Shown one piece after another: positions 1 through 12,399 of a DNA stretch of 64,000 nt. The position numbers and the translations under genes are program-made. The stretch is from positions 1,480,973 to 1,544,972 of the forward strand of contig BDGG01000012.1 in NCBI GenBank assembly GCA_001949185.1, read 5' to 3'. The notes below the pieces were generated by a model that was not told the origin of the DNA, made no database searches, and saw only the letters and a program-made list of their open reading frames with translations. Numbering within the stretch: position 1 is the stretch's first letter; each line of letters starts with the position of its first letter. The stretch comes from Ramazzottius varieornatus. Taxonomy: Eukaryota > Animalia > Tardigrada.

Positions 1-1115
1 AAACTTTTGTGCTTTTCAACCATTTATTCAGCGTTAGCATGCTCAAGTCTGGAACAAGACCCTTCTGACGAAACGTTACACTTACAGGGCAGCCTGCTCG
101 GCGACCTCGCGTTCTGCCGCCTGCTTGCAGCGAACGGCGTTCTCCAGTTGGGATTCTGTCCTGGAGACTCGCTCTTCGATCTCATGGCACTTCCGCTCCT
201 GACATTCTGCGTACTTCTTCATGCTTTCTAGTTCGCCCATCAGCTCTTCTACTCGTTTCTTGTACTCTCTTTTCGAGCTTTCGAGGTGGACCCTTTCCGA
301 CTGGCTGGCGTTCTTGAACCGTGTAAGTTCCTGCTCAGCGTCTTTCAGAGCACACTGCATACGATTCCTTTCAGCTTCGTATTCCGCTAGCCGATGTTTG
401 GAGTTCCGAAGTTCTTCCCTCATACACTTGATTTTGCTTTCCAGTTCTAGAAACATAGCACGAGATCACATTTCGTAACCTAAGGTTTTCAAATCAATAA
501 CGAAGTGATGAACTATCCAAAACTCTAACTAACTCTGGGTTGATCAAGGAAGCTTCTCTGCAAATCCTTACCTGTTATTTTATCATGGTACGAGTTTTCC
601 GAATTGCGCCACTCGGCTTTCTCTCGTTCATAGTCTGATGCTATATTCCGCGTCTTTGTATTGGCTTCTTCCAGACTGGTCCGCAAGAAGCTTTCCATGT
701 TACAGTGTTCCATCTGTTGAGCACGGACCTTTTCCTCCTTCTCCGCCAGCAGTTGCTCGCGCCGCCTGGACTGCTCAGCCATGGCCGCCATTTCCTCGTT
801 GGCTTGAAGGAGCGTGGACTGTATACAGGCAATCATCTTCTCGCAGTGACGTCGACGGCTCTGCTCCAGTTCGAGAGATTCTTGAATCCGCTCTACCACG
901 CTTCCGTGTTGGTCAGGCGTAGCACCCCATGAGCGTCCGTTGCGGCCAGTGCTTAACTATGCAAAAATCTATTATAGCATAAAAAATCTAAGATATTGTG
1001 GGGTGAAAAGCGGTTAATTTAACATAATTATTTCTCTTACAGGTGTGTCACCTGGATCCGATCCAGTTCGACTTCTTCCGGAAAAGACGTGTCGTGGAGT
1101 CCAAGGCTTCGACAT
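1..1115 (-). CDS. Coiled-coil protein, 5' part (gene continues beyond window start)
   Basis: ATG 1115 (MSKPWTPRH...DTP|gtaaga) splices in frame to the exon containing ORF 525-899 (ERIQESLELEQSRR...), then ORF 82-456; E/K/R/Q-rich heptad-like sequence. Confidence 0.7.
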
Positions 1116-1257
1116 ACCACATTCACCTCCTGCTGAAAAACACGATCGGGTAAACCTTTGCAATCTGATTCTGGACTTTATAAAGCCCACTCAGGCTTCT
1201 GTTCATTAATCGCAGGATGGTTTTCCTTCTGAATGTTACTGCTTGTGTTTTTTTTAG

Positions 1258-2513
1258 GTTGCGATATTGACGAAGGCGAAGCAGGAAACAAAGCACCACC
1301 ACAGAAAAAAAGACACGGAACCACGACGGAACTTCACCAGAGGATGTGGCACCTCCGCATCGCGGTGTGGCCTTCGTGGATATGGAACCCTCACTGTACC
1401 CGGGTGCCGCCAGCATCAATGGGGCGTACTTCGCCAACCCATTCGACAACAACCATGCAGTTTCTGAAGAACACCGGACGGCACAGTGCCGCTCTGGAGA
1501 CGATCAAGGCTGCCAGCAATACTCTGACCACAAAAGGAACGCTCGATCAAGACAGCCGCATCACTGTCATTGCCAAGAGGACGACGGAGTACGTCCCGGA
1601 TCATCACGGTCCAAGCGAACTGCAGGAAGATTCGGCGGTATGTTCGATCTTCGCAAAACGAAGCAGAACCGCATGGTTTTTAATTGCATATAACTTACTG
1701 TCATCGTATTTCAAAATTGATATAGAGTACGTGTATTCTTGATTCGTCACGCTGGTAGCTTTGATGCCATGCATGTTGGCTTAGTTCCTTTTGGTCCGGC
1801 GATGTCTCTAAACTGTGGAACTAATTTTCTGTTCAACAGGCATCGGGGGCGAATTCGAGTCTGTCCTCATCAGCACAATCAAATGTATCTCCACCCGGAC
1901 ATAAAGCTCGATTGTTCCTTGTTGAGAGCGAGATGCACGGCGAAACCATCGTACGCATGAAAATGCCGGTCCAGCCCGCGAAGGGTCGCGAAGTTCCCCA
2001 CAAAGATAGTCTCGGTCATCGTGGGAAGGTCGCTGAAGAAACAGATGCAGGCTATATGTTACCTGTTCGACCTACTCCAGCAAGAAAGCCATACATGGAA
2101 CGAAACGGCGCAAGGAACTCCACAGGATTCGAAAGAGAGAGCAGTCGATAGAACGGATCTGGAGAAGGTCCAAGAAGATATGTCGCGCACTATAGAGACC
2201 CGACTCACGGATTTGAGGGACTTCTCTGCTTCGAAAGAACCACTCGGGTTCCATATCGTCCGGTTGACGCAAGAAAAGTATAAGCTCACTCAGCCATTCA
2301 GCAATTTATGATGTCGTCCTATCGAAGCTGTACGAAGACCCTAAGCAGTACGTCCACTTTGCACTGGACCACGTTCAGCGGAAGTGCCACGACATCCCGA
2401 TGGACGTACAGCCGCCGATCGATGATGATGGAACCAAAGCTGAAGAGTACTTCACGGGAAGAACGAAGGCCGCACCGACGGACCTTCAAATGTGGCAGGA
2501 CATGTTGGGTTAA
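1258..2513 (+). pseudogene. Unidentified coding-like sequence broken across several frames (pseudogene or unresolved gene model)
   Basis: Protein-like segments in different frames (AFVDMEPSLYPGAASINGAYFANPF; AALETIKAASNTLTTKG; KIVSVIVGRSLKKQMQAICYLFDLL; YDVVLSKLYEDPKQYVHFALDHV...WQDMLG*) with one apparent intron ~1638-1839; no family recognised. Confidence 0.3.
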
Positions 2514-2595
2514 TACCGAGCCACTATGTGCGTGTGGCAGGTATATCTTTGAGTTGTGATCATTAAATTAAATGAAAACTATTTCGAACTGTTTT

Positions 2596-4316
2596 TCAAG
2601 CACAATCATCTGCAGGATTTTTGGTCAACTTACCGCCGAAATCGAGTGTAGGCAGTTTACCGCAGCCACCTTCCTTCAGCAGTTTACCGCAGTCGTACTC
2701 GTTCAGGAGAAGGCCAGCGTGGTGTGAGGACTTGTGAGCGAGTTCGTCACCGTCCGTAGACTTGCTGTGGTGGTCACTGTGACGGTGCGAGTGATGATGG
2801 TGCCATTTGTGATGCCTACTGTGCCCTTCCTTGTGCTGGGAACCATGACCATGTTTTTCATGTCCATGCCCACGACCATGTCCGTGGCCGTGGTCGCTGT
2901 GGTGGTCCGAGCCTTTTCCATGATGACCATGGCCGTGATGGTCATCTTTATCGTGGTGTCCATGACCGTGTCCATGTTTACTGTGATGGTCGTGCTTCTT
3001 GTCATGTCCGTGGTGGTGTGAGCCATGTAAATGATGGGAAGACCCGTGGCCATGATGGTCTTTGTCTTTGTGGTGATGTGAGCCGTGAGAGTGATGTGAG
3101 GAGCTGTGGCTGTCGCTATCGTGGCCGTGATGATGGGACTTGTGGTGTCCATCCTTGTCTTCATGATGATGTCCATGCTTGCCTTTATGGTGGTCGCCAC
3201 GCTTGTCATCAGGATGTTTGCTATGAGCGGAATGGTGGGAATGGGTCGAGTGGCTGCTGTGGTCCGAGTGTCCGTGGTGCTTGTGGTCCTTCCCGTCCTT
3301 GCCGTGTTCGTGTTTATGATGGCCATTTTTTCCGTGGTCGTGGCCGTGACCATGACCATGTTTTTCTTCGTGCTCTCTGCCGTGCTCGTGTCCATGTTTT
3401 CCATGGTGGTCCTTGTCATGTTTCTTGTCATGATGACCATGACTATGATGGGAACTGTGGTGACTGTGACTCGACTCTGAATGATGGTCCTTGTCGTGTT
3501 TTCCATGGCCTGTGAAAAATGAAAATTCTTAGAAGTTCAACTTGGACAACCAGAAGGTTGGTGAACCTTTCACGATTAGCTCAAGGAATCGAAGAACGAT
3601 TCTCGCACGTAATGACACATATTGTTCAAATGGTCAGCGAAACAACTGTACGACTGTACATCCGGGATGTGTGTTCTAGCCGGTTCTCCCGAATTAACGG
3701 AATAGCAGATGCTGATAGAGTTCTTACCGTGTTTATCCTCGTGCTTGCGATGGGTAGAACCATGATGCTCGGAAGGAGAATGCTTGTGTTTATGATGATG
3801 ACTCTTCTTGTCGTTGTCATCGTCGTGAGGTAGCGCTTGTATAGTCATCAGGACTTTATGTTCGCTCTTGTCGGAAAGAATGTCTGCTGCATCGGCATCT
3901 TTCTTGTAATGATGCTTGTGTTTGTCAGAGTGATGCTCCTTATTTTCATGGCCGTGTTCGTGATGCTTGTGCCCTCCTCCATGGACATTGTGGCCTGGAA
4001 CATGAAACTCTAGACTAGAATAATGTCCATGCCTCCTGTGACTAATCGGTTCCGTATATTCGGCCAAAACTTGATGGGGCTTGTGCGGTACGCGCCGCCG
4101 ACCTTTTTTCTTACCGGGTACATCCAGTGTAGCCTTGCTGCTGTGATGATGGTGGGAATGAGGCTTGTTATCTGCCTTGTCTACGTTGGTCTTTGAATGG
4201 TGCTTCTTTCCATGCTTACTGTCGGAATGCGATGAGGAAGTGTCGTGAGGTTCGTGATGGTGTTTGTCAGAATGTTTGCCATGATGGGAACCTTTCTCCT
4301 TTTCATGATCTGGCAT
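2596..4316 (-). CDS. Histidine-rich low-complexity protein, ~500 aa, 2 coding exons (4316-3728, 3509-2596)
   Basis: ATG 4316 MPDHEKEKGSHHGKHSDKHHHEPH...; phase-1 intron CAC G|gtaaga...tttttcacag|GC CAT GGA; exon 2 open in the H/G/K/D/S frame (GHGKHDKDHHSESSHSHH...) to TGA at 2598-2596. The ORF track shows only the shadow T/M-rich frames for exon 2. Confidence 0.85.
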
Positions 4317-5187
4317 TATCCGAAGCAAGAAAACAAGATCAAGTCAGGGTTTTCTCGTAGACCGTCCACAGCCACAATGAAGAAGATAGTATCTGGAGAA
4401 AATAAATATCACGGTGTTTACTACATTCAGGGTGAGAGTGTTCCAGTAAGATTGATCAAAACAGTTACTCAACAATCGAAATTAGTCGGCGTTATCAATT
4501 AGGAGTTCCGCAGAAAGTACGTACAGTACAACAATGGCTTTGGATGTAATATGCCGTATCCGGGCAACTTCAGCCGTTTTCTGTCGAAGGACCCGGAAGT
4601 GGAGGCATTCCGTGAATCCGGACGACTTATATCCGAGGATCCATTTCGCTTCACAGAACTTCTCCGATCCAACAGAAAATACCGAAGTCGGGCAGCCGCT
4701 GTGTCGAACGGAATCCGCTGTTCACCATGAAGCAGTCGGGCTTCCCTTCTTTCTCTGGAGTGGACGAGCGGATTCTTGCACTGCGCGGGAACCGGGAAGA
4801 GCCGTACGTCATGCCCATCACACGACATGATTCAGTTACGTTTTCTAGCAAAGGTCTTTTCGGCTGATTAGTTGACTACTCATAATGCAGAAGCTGACGT
4901 CAAGCCAGCTTTCGCAAAACCCGTATTGAGACTTGGGTATTGCGTCATCTAACTCATCTTATCTGATACGTATTTTTCTGGTTTCCGGCCCGGATTCTGT
5001 TGGAAGATTTTGTTAGACTGTCAGAACCTAGTTGACTGTTATCTCGGATAGTGCCGGCTGTCTTGCGGGAGACTGCAGCGTTGTCGGGATCCGTGGACCA
5101 TCGATGCCGGGATACAGAGAGAACTGATCACAACGGTTAAGCGGATCACCACCGGCAAGCTTTGGCTGGAGCGCGGCGTGTGGAGCC

Positions 5188-6095
5188 ATGTCGGGCGACG
5201 ATGACGATGTTCCTGACGAGATCGGTTTCACCAAAGCGAAGTCGACGGCGGTTAGTCAGCGGGAGAGGGAAACTAAAGCTGCGAAAGACGATATGGCTCA
5301 CCGGAAATCCAAGATGAAGAGAAAGCAGGCTTGGTTTCAAGAAAGCAAAGTACGTCATGGTGTTATATAACTTATGTTGTATTATTGTCGCGTGCCAGTC
5401 AACAGTCTCGTCAACAGTTTCTTCTCCGTCAGAGTAAAAGCAGTGGAAAGAAGAAGAAGATCGCGTTAGGGGATGATACAGATTCTGTAAATGAGCATGC
5501 TCCAGAAAAGAATGCCATAAAAAATTACGGGCCCGAGCTGGACGATATGGGGGACGAGCAGTCCGACGTTGACGGTATGTGTGTCCCTCGGGGTCTTCGT
5601 CAAGGACCGATCACAAAATCATGTTTGTATGTCAACAGTTTCATTTATTTAATAGATCATTTCTTCCAAAATAATGATGAGCCTTCGAATAACGCAGCAA
5701 CATCTGATATTTCCGATCCACCGAAGAGCAGCGAACCTGACTTTATTCCTTTGAAAGACACGTACGCCTCGTTTCAAACATTGCTACTTTTGATGTATCA
5801 GGTCTGTCCGACTTTCCTAGCGAATTTTCTGCTTTTAGAGCTGGAAATCCTGTGACGGTGGTACCTCTTCGGCAGAGACCCGGAAGCTACCGCGACGACG
5901 CAGTGAAATTCGCCCGAGATCGCTTCAGCCCTCCAAACGTTTACCGCGTCCCAGGTATATCCTCCGCTCGAGTCCCCGCTAGTTCTCGTTGATTAAGCTC
6001 TAATAGTTCTGAGCTTATCGAAGCTTCTTATAGCGGCCAAAACTACCAGCATAGCCATGAAGAAACGAGCTGCACGGTCTGCTGCGAAATGCTAG
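5188..6095 (+). CDS. NOL7: NOL7 (nucleolar protein 7 / NUC129)-like protein
   Basis: N-terminus DDDVPDEIGFTKAK...KRKQAWFQESK resembles NOL7 (APEELTF...KRKRREELFIEQK); C-terminal exons VTVVPLRQRPGSYRDDAVKFARDRFSPPNVYRVP...KKRAARSAAKC* resemble NUC129; spliced model. Confidence 0.55.
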
Positions 6096-6690
6096 CCGCG
6101 TTGGCTCGTGAAAGTACTGCGAATCGGCTGGGTCCATGTCGCCGTCCAGCACTCCCGGAAAGAGAAGTTTAAGTAAGGCCTGTTGTTGTTTTAAGATTCA
6201 GTATGTGCTATGTGGCACTTCCGCATAGGGTTTACTTTCCGACCCTGTATTCTTTCGCGCCACAAAAACCCTTTCTCTTATTTCGAAAGTCAAGTTTTGG
6301 TGTTCGTCTAATCATGGTTATCATCCAAGCGCGAAGTTGCGCGGCGTGCGGTGTCAGAGTCATTGGAGAAAGCTTTTTCCGTCTGATTACGTGATTAATC
6401 ACCGCCGAAAACAAACGGCCTTGCAGTTGCTTATTCTAATTATGTCATGTTAGCACGGTGAATACCACCGAAAACAGATGTTTGGCGATACAAACATGGG
6501 AAGGTTCCTCGTACTTTTGTCTTGGAACCGTAGGTAGAACGGCACCTGAGTACGGGACTTCGAAGTATAAACAGTTTACCAAACGAGACCTCCACGAAGA
6601 CGTTGCTGTTTTTTCGAATAACAGAGTACTTCAAGTTCCGAGTTTCACGGACACAGAGCAGAGGTCCATACTCCATAGTGATAATCCATC

Positions 6691-8207
6691 ATGACATCCT
6701 ATATCGGCAAAGTGGTTTTTGTGTTGTGCGTTACTTATGGATCTATTGAATCTCAAAGTACTTTGCAGGTAAGGCCGTTCGGCCTCTGTGTCTCTGACCG
6801 AGGCGAATGAACTCGACAAGATTGTTTTCACAAGTGGCGCACATTTCCACACTTATTGGCTGGAGAAACACGCCACTTGGAAAAACGATCTCATCGAGTT
6901 TGTGGAGTTCCCGTCTCAAACTAGGATTACACTTTTGAGCTTCTGTTTCCAGAATGCGACGCATGAGTTCGTGGCTGTTCCCGTTAACACGTCGTTGACA
7001 ACCGAGCCAACTTCCACTTCCGTTCCTGTTGGAGTACGGACTACTGCGACCAGCTTCGCCACGGCAAATGCAACCCTAACCACACGTCAAGCTCCTGCTC
7101 TCCCCTCGAACTCTTCATTGGATGTTCCCAGATCTGCTCAAGGCGTCCCGGCAAGTTCAAGTCCAGCGATGTCTTCCACATCGATACCCAAATCAGCCAC
7201 TCAACAGCTGTCATCAAACGTCACCACACCCAAGAACCCTACCACGGGCCGAATCAGCTCGACCATGAACGGTTCGCCGTCGGTTGCTCCGTTTGGGCTG
7301 ACCAGTACCGGGTCTCCGTCAAGGGGATCTAACCACCAAGGAACCACACCACGTCAGCAAGCCGAAAGGCAAGGCAGAGCTGACGCTGTGTCGGGGACCC
7401 CGAGCGCGCAGGCCCAAGGCTCGAACTCTGGGGTCTCTTTCAGCCTTTCCGAAAGCAGCGGTTCTCCGCCGAAGCAGACACGTGTAGTATGGGACGCCCT
7501 CAAGTCTCTGCAACTGCTCGATGCTTACCAAACCGTGAATGACATGATTGTCACGGCGGTTGGCGGTGTGGACTACCCCATCTATGCAACCATTCCGGAA
7601 ACTAGCTTCCGGTGCGACCAAGTCAAGTCTGCGGGCTTCTATGCTGGTAAGGATGCAATACGTATTAATATGACCATACCAAGCCGAAGCCTGTTGAGCT
7701 TTAGTGACCACCGATATCTTTATAGACCCAGAAGGTTCTTGTCAAGTCTTCAGACGCTGCGACCTCAGTGGGAATATGTGGAGCTTCCTGTGCCCCAACA
7801 TGACCGTACAGCGCAATGAATTCTGCCTTTTTCGACACTGGCCCAATGTAATTTGATTCTTAACTGAGGCTGTCGTTTCAGCTCTTCAACCAAATCACTC
7901 TTGTCTGCGACTGGTTCTACAACGTCGACTGCACGAAGTGAGTGTCCCGCCACCGAAAAAATCGACAAGTCGGTTTCTCTTTTCCCATTAGTCTTAATCT
8001 GATGTCCTATTTCACAGATCCTCATCGTTCTACGACTACTCGAACTCTCGACTTTATCATTCGACGTGGCGTCTCTTCGACGACGAAGAACAGACTGACC
8101 AGCAATCGACGAACCCTCAACCAAACTCACAGCAGAAACCTACGGGGCCTCGACAGAATTCACAGCAAGGACCTACGGACATCGACTCCTCATCTATCAT
8201 AGAGTAG
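6691..8207 (+). CDS. Secreted S/T-rich protein with one chitin-binding type-2 (CBM14/peritrophin-A) domain
   Basis: Exon 1 (6691-6768) MTSYIGKVVFVLCVTYGSIESQ is signal-peptide-like; mucin-like linker; spliced domain DYPIYATIPETSFRC...GFYA|DPEGSCQVFRRC...SFLCPNMT|LFNQITLVCDWFYNVDC has six Cys; TAG at 8205-8207. Confidence 0.85.
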
Positions 8208-8253
8208 TAAGATACCGTACATAATTCAAGCTCAAACAACCGTTTTGGCCTTA

Positions 8254-8739
8254 TTAAGGCTGGTTATTTTCATTGTTGTTGTTCTGCGGGATAACTAAAG
8301 CTGATGCTCTCGTTGCATAATTGAAGATAAAATATCCAAACAGTGTTCCTAGCACAATGGCGAGAAAGACCCAGACGTTGTACGTCATGGAAGCCAACAT
8401 GAGGAAATATCCCAACGTTGTTTGAATACCGACTAATAGCGTCGTGATCAGATGAAATTTGCGAAAGAGCATCAGGGTTGTCTTTAGTAGCCAGACTTCC
8501 GGTGCGGGGACGTCGTTACAAGGGCACCCATTGCTTGTTCGACTTGCAGCTTCCTTGTCCAGTTGGCGCTTGTCCCATTTCTTAACCATGTCCCGCAGTC
8601 GTTTGACGCCTTCGTGACCGATAGCGATGATAAAGACGCCAAAGACCGACCACATGAGTTCACCTGGTCGACGGGGCGCCCAGTCCCGGAAGAGGATGAA
8701 GGCCGGCATGTTGAAGTTAAAATACATTGGCATGTCCAT
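8254..8739 (-). CDS. SLC31A: CTR-family copper transporter (SLC31), intronless CDS
   Basis: N-terminal MDMPMYF, ILFRDW, three hydrophobic helices, MxxxM (MLASM)TYN and GxxxG (GTLFG) motifs. Confidence 0.92.
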   Translation of the reverse strand: MDMPMYFNFNMPAFILFRDWAPRRPGELMWSVFGVFIIAIGHEGVKRLRDMVKKWDKRQLDKEAASRTSNGCPCNDVPAPEVWLLKTTLMLFRKFHLITTLLVGIQTTLGYFLMLASMTYNVWVFLAIVLGTLFGYFIFNYATRASALVIPQNNNNENNQP

Positions 8740-9436
8740 GGTGAGGTGGAGCAGCGTGCTGAGACTACTAGGAGTATAGATTCGATCTCAGATCGTCCAA
8801 GGACTCGAACCCGGAAGTTCTGAATGAAAATTCCACGAGGATGCCGAACATGGACATAAACTGCGGTATCATTCAGGAAGATTCTGAGTTTGCAATTACG
8901 TCAGACAGATCCTAATCCGAATTTCTGTCTTCCGTGGGTAGCAATGGTTCTTTGTCGACGACGGAAAAGTAGTCATCGGAACGCGCTATCATATCCAGCT
9001 AGCTGGACCTTTGAGTTCCCGTTTAGTCAGTTTGATTTATGTCATTTTCACAGGCGAGTAGGCGTTATCCGTTGGTCTTGGAAGTTGTCCGATAGAGAGG
9101 GCGACCCGCTAACCTGCGTAGAATGCGGACCTTTCGAGCTGACAGAGGAGAAAATGACGGGTGTAGAACAGAATATTAACTTTTCGACACTGGCTCCGTC
9201 TTCTGGCGTAAACCAGCGACTTCGAGTGCTGATATCTTTTCTGGTTATCTAATCTTGACAGTCGATTTCAGATACACTGTACATAATAATACCAACCACA
9301 ACAAATCGAATGGTTAGGATATTCCAAACCGGTCTTGGCCTGAGTAAAGCACAACTGCTCCTGGATGCACTGAAAGTTACAGTACGTGTACACCGCGGAA
9401 ACGCATTGCTCTATACATCGTACTTGCAAATTTGCA

Positions 9437-11111
9437 ATGAACCCGGAAGCACAGGATCGGTCAGGAGCGTCTGGGCTGCGGTATTCGCTGGAAGTTCCTT
9501 CACTCGAGGATCTGGTCGATGGTAAAGTTAAATCAGAGACACACTCTTCGCTTTAACCGTACGATTTTAACCTGCCGAGGCGCAAATTATCTCATAATTA
9601 TCGATATTTTCCAGTTTTCAGAATTGCACTTGAAGCGAATTTTCGCAATGTCGCTGTACGCATTGTGGATTGTCCGGACCTCACGGAACCTCCTTACGGA
9701 ATGGCTGCAAAAGGTAGTTGGAGAACATATTGTTGCGTACATGTTGGTAGTTGCCTATCGAATTGGTCATCACTTCTTACCACTTTTATTTTCGTTCTCG
9801 AAGGTATCTCGAAGTCCACAAAAATTTCAGATGTCGGCGGCGTCCGTTACCTGACACCGTTACCTCAGCTTGACCACGTGAGTATGCTCTGCTTGGGTGT
9901 CAATGTTTTATCAGGTGAAGATCGGTTTTCATCTTCTTTTCCTTGGAAGCCAAGACTCAAGATCATCGGAGAAACCTTTTGTTCCAGAAATACGATCTGC
10001 AAACAATCGCGAAAGAGTCGGAACTCAGTCCCCCGTATTTTATCATGGGCGCCGGATGTGGTCCATATCAGGACGTGGGTTGCAACTGTGAGGTAAAGTG
10101 TAAAGTCACCCGACTATATGAATGGCTGAACAACAGGAAAGTATCATCAGATTCTAACCACTCTTTCGTGCCAGCTCATGGCCAACGTCGCCGTATCATC
10201 GGCTGGAGTAGTCAAAAACGAATCTCGAATCGCCAAGCTGGACAAGGTATGAACCAATACGCAGCCTTTACGACCACCGAAACCACGACATTAATCTTTT
10301 TAGGATGGGAAATGCCAGATCGAGCGCTTGCAAACCACCAACCTAGCTATTCTGGGAAATTTTTTCCTGTCCGCCGGAGAACCAGGCAAGGTCGTCGAAA
10401 TTCGAGCTGAGGGACGCACCGGCTCAGAGAACTTTGTCTCGATATTGCGGCAAGCAGTACGAGCCCGCTATCAGGAAAAACCAGTGGGAATAGGGGGTGT
10501 TTTCCTCGTTGAGAAAGGGAGTCTCAACATCCATGTGATGGTAGGTGCTGTCCAAAAACCTTTTTTATATTTTTCAAGAGTCTACCAAAAACCTTCGAGA
10601 CATGTACCCTCATTGTGACATGTGTACCCGCATTGTAAATTTTATCATATTCTGCAGCCGGACTTCTCGAAAGCCCCACTGGAGACGGAAGGTACCGTTG
10701 ACCAATGGCTTAAATACTTCACCCAGCCCGCTCCGATGGTCTTTATGAGCGTCTTTGTCTCCGAAGATCCGGTAAATTACGGAACTTTGACTCCGGTATA
10801 ATGGCAAAAGTATACACGTTGTGTTTAGGGGTGGGATCTTCGATGTGAGCATACGCATGGCTACGGAGTACCCGATGCCGAAGGCTCCTCTCAAAACCGC
10901 GGAGGCCACTACCATTACGGTCCGCCGAACCTTTGCGTCTCACGTGTTCATGTTGAAACTCGATACCATTTTATCCGATAACAACAGACACCGCGTTTGC
11001 TTGAGTTTTCATTCTGTTTCAGACACAACCCCCGACGAGGTGGAGTACGTTGGATACTTCGGCTGTGCCGAAACACTGTACAGAATCGATCGCCCGCCTT
11101 CCTCATCTTGA
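9437..11111 (+). CDS. C11orf54: C11orf54/PTD012 (DUF1907) homolog
   Basis: Spliced segments VDCPDLTEPPY, DVGGVRYLTP, GAGCGP, PVGIGGVFLVEKG...HVMPDFS, LRCEHTHG, GGHYHYDTTPDEVEYVGYF. Confidence 0.92.
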
Positions 11112-11332
11112 AATTGAAAGCTTGTGTCCCCAAATGGGTATCGGGCATTTCCCCCTGAGAAACAAAAAGCAATAGCATCGGGATCTTGTAAAACAAAAAA
11201 TCTCTCCCAAGTGTACCATCGTTGCCTGTTAACCTGTTAGCTGAGTAACGCCATTCAACAGTCGCGCACAATGCAATCGTAAACAACCGTACAACTTCCG
11301 AGGCTGAACTTGGAATTCAATGCTATAATTTT

Positions 11333-12399
11333 CTACGCGGGAAACTTCGCGTCCGCAGGCACTTTGGTTAATGGTGGCGGCGGGTATGATGGTGGTTCTG
11401 ACGCTGAGATTTTCGTGCCCGGCTGCGAAGGAGTGACCATCATTGGTGCAGTAGGTACTATACGAGAAGAACGGTTCGCGTTATCGGTTGCTCCATTCGA
11501 TGGCCCAGTCAGACTTTCGGCGGAGCTAGGGAACCTCAGCTTGCCAACCGTTTCCATATCAGAGGAATTTGCATCGGTGCTCAGGTAGAAGGACGAGGAA
11601 GGTTCTTTACTGGCACTGGAACCCACGGACTGGAACAACTTGGCGTGAAGGGCTTCCAGATCTGGCTGGTCAGAGCTGCCCCGTCTTCTTGGTAGAGTGT
11701 CGGAAGAGTCTAGATGGTTGATGGCTTGGAGGACGAGGATGTCTTTGGATAAGTCATCCAGCTGAAACAAACGAACAAAATATGCAGTTCGCAATATGCT
11801 GAGCGTGAGGCAAAAGCTGTGGATCGGCCACCCTGAATTTCACAAGGTAGATAAATCGGAAGATAAAGGGTAACCGACACAGCGACATTGCCACCTACCA
11901 TTTCTTGAAACGTTGTTAGATGCTGCCTGAAAGTCACTCCACTTTCTCCATCTCGACCACCTGAATTCTTTGTCCAGGCAAGCTCCAGATTCGCATAGTT
12001 TAAAACGAGCTGTTTCCGTTGGATGTCCGAGAACTTATCTAGGAGGTTATCCCAAGTATCAAATGGTGGCTTATGTGTTTGGAAGGCGTCGTCCAGTCTA
12101 GCGATGAGTTGATCGACTTCATTCGCGCTCTCCACCGGAAGCATCTTCATATGGCCAGCAGCCACTTTTTTGCCTTGTCCTCTTTGGTCGAACCCGTTAT
12201 CCATGAGGGTGATAGAGCTGACGGCTCGAGGAGCAGGAACGGCGAAATTGGGACAAACGAAGCGCTTTTGCATAGCTTCCAAGATAACTTGATGTTCTTC
12301 CTCCTTCGTTCGTGCTTTCCGCAATCCAGACTTGTTATCGTCTTTGTCTGTAACGCTCAGCAAAGACTCGGTTTCACCTTCCTCAGCCTGCTTCGCCAT
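11333..12399 (-). CDS. CCDC28-like (DUF4061) coiled-coil protein
   Basis: HMKMLPVESANEVDQLIARLDDAF...LLDKFSDIQRKQLVLNYANLEL...HLTTFQEM|LDDLSKDILVLQ parallels CCDC28B HSFLTEVTDVYEMEGGLLNLLNDF...LDQLLSNLEDLSNSIQKLH (remote similarity, by eye). Confidence 0.5.

Noticed and set aside
2300-2315. TTA TGA as an antizyme-like +1 programmed frameshift
   Set aside because: No antizyme similarity, and the region has other frame breaks more consistent with decay
2703-3515. T/M-rich 267-aa ORF and V/M-rich plus-strand ORFs
   Set aside because: Shadow frames of the His codon repeats; the splice phase selects the His frame
12330-12385. ESLLSVT...RKAR resemblance to melanoregulin
   Set aside because: A short chance match; the rest of the protein fits CCDC28 better
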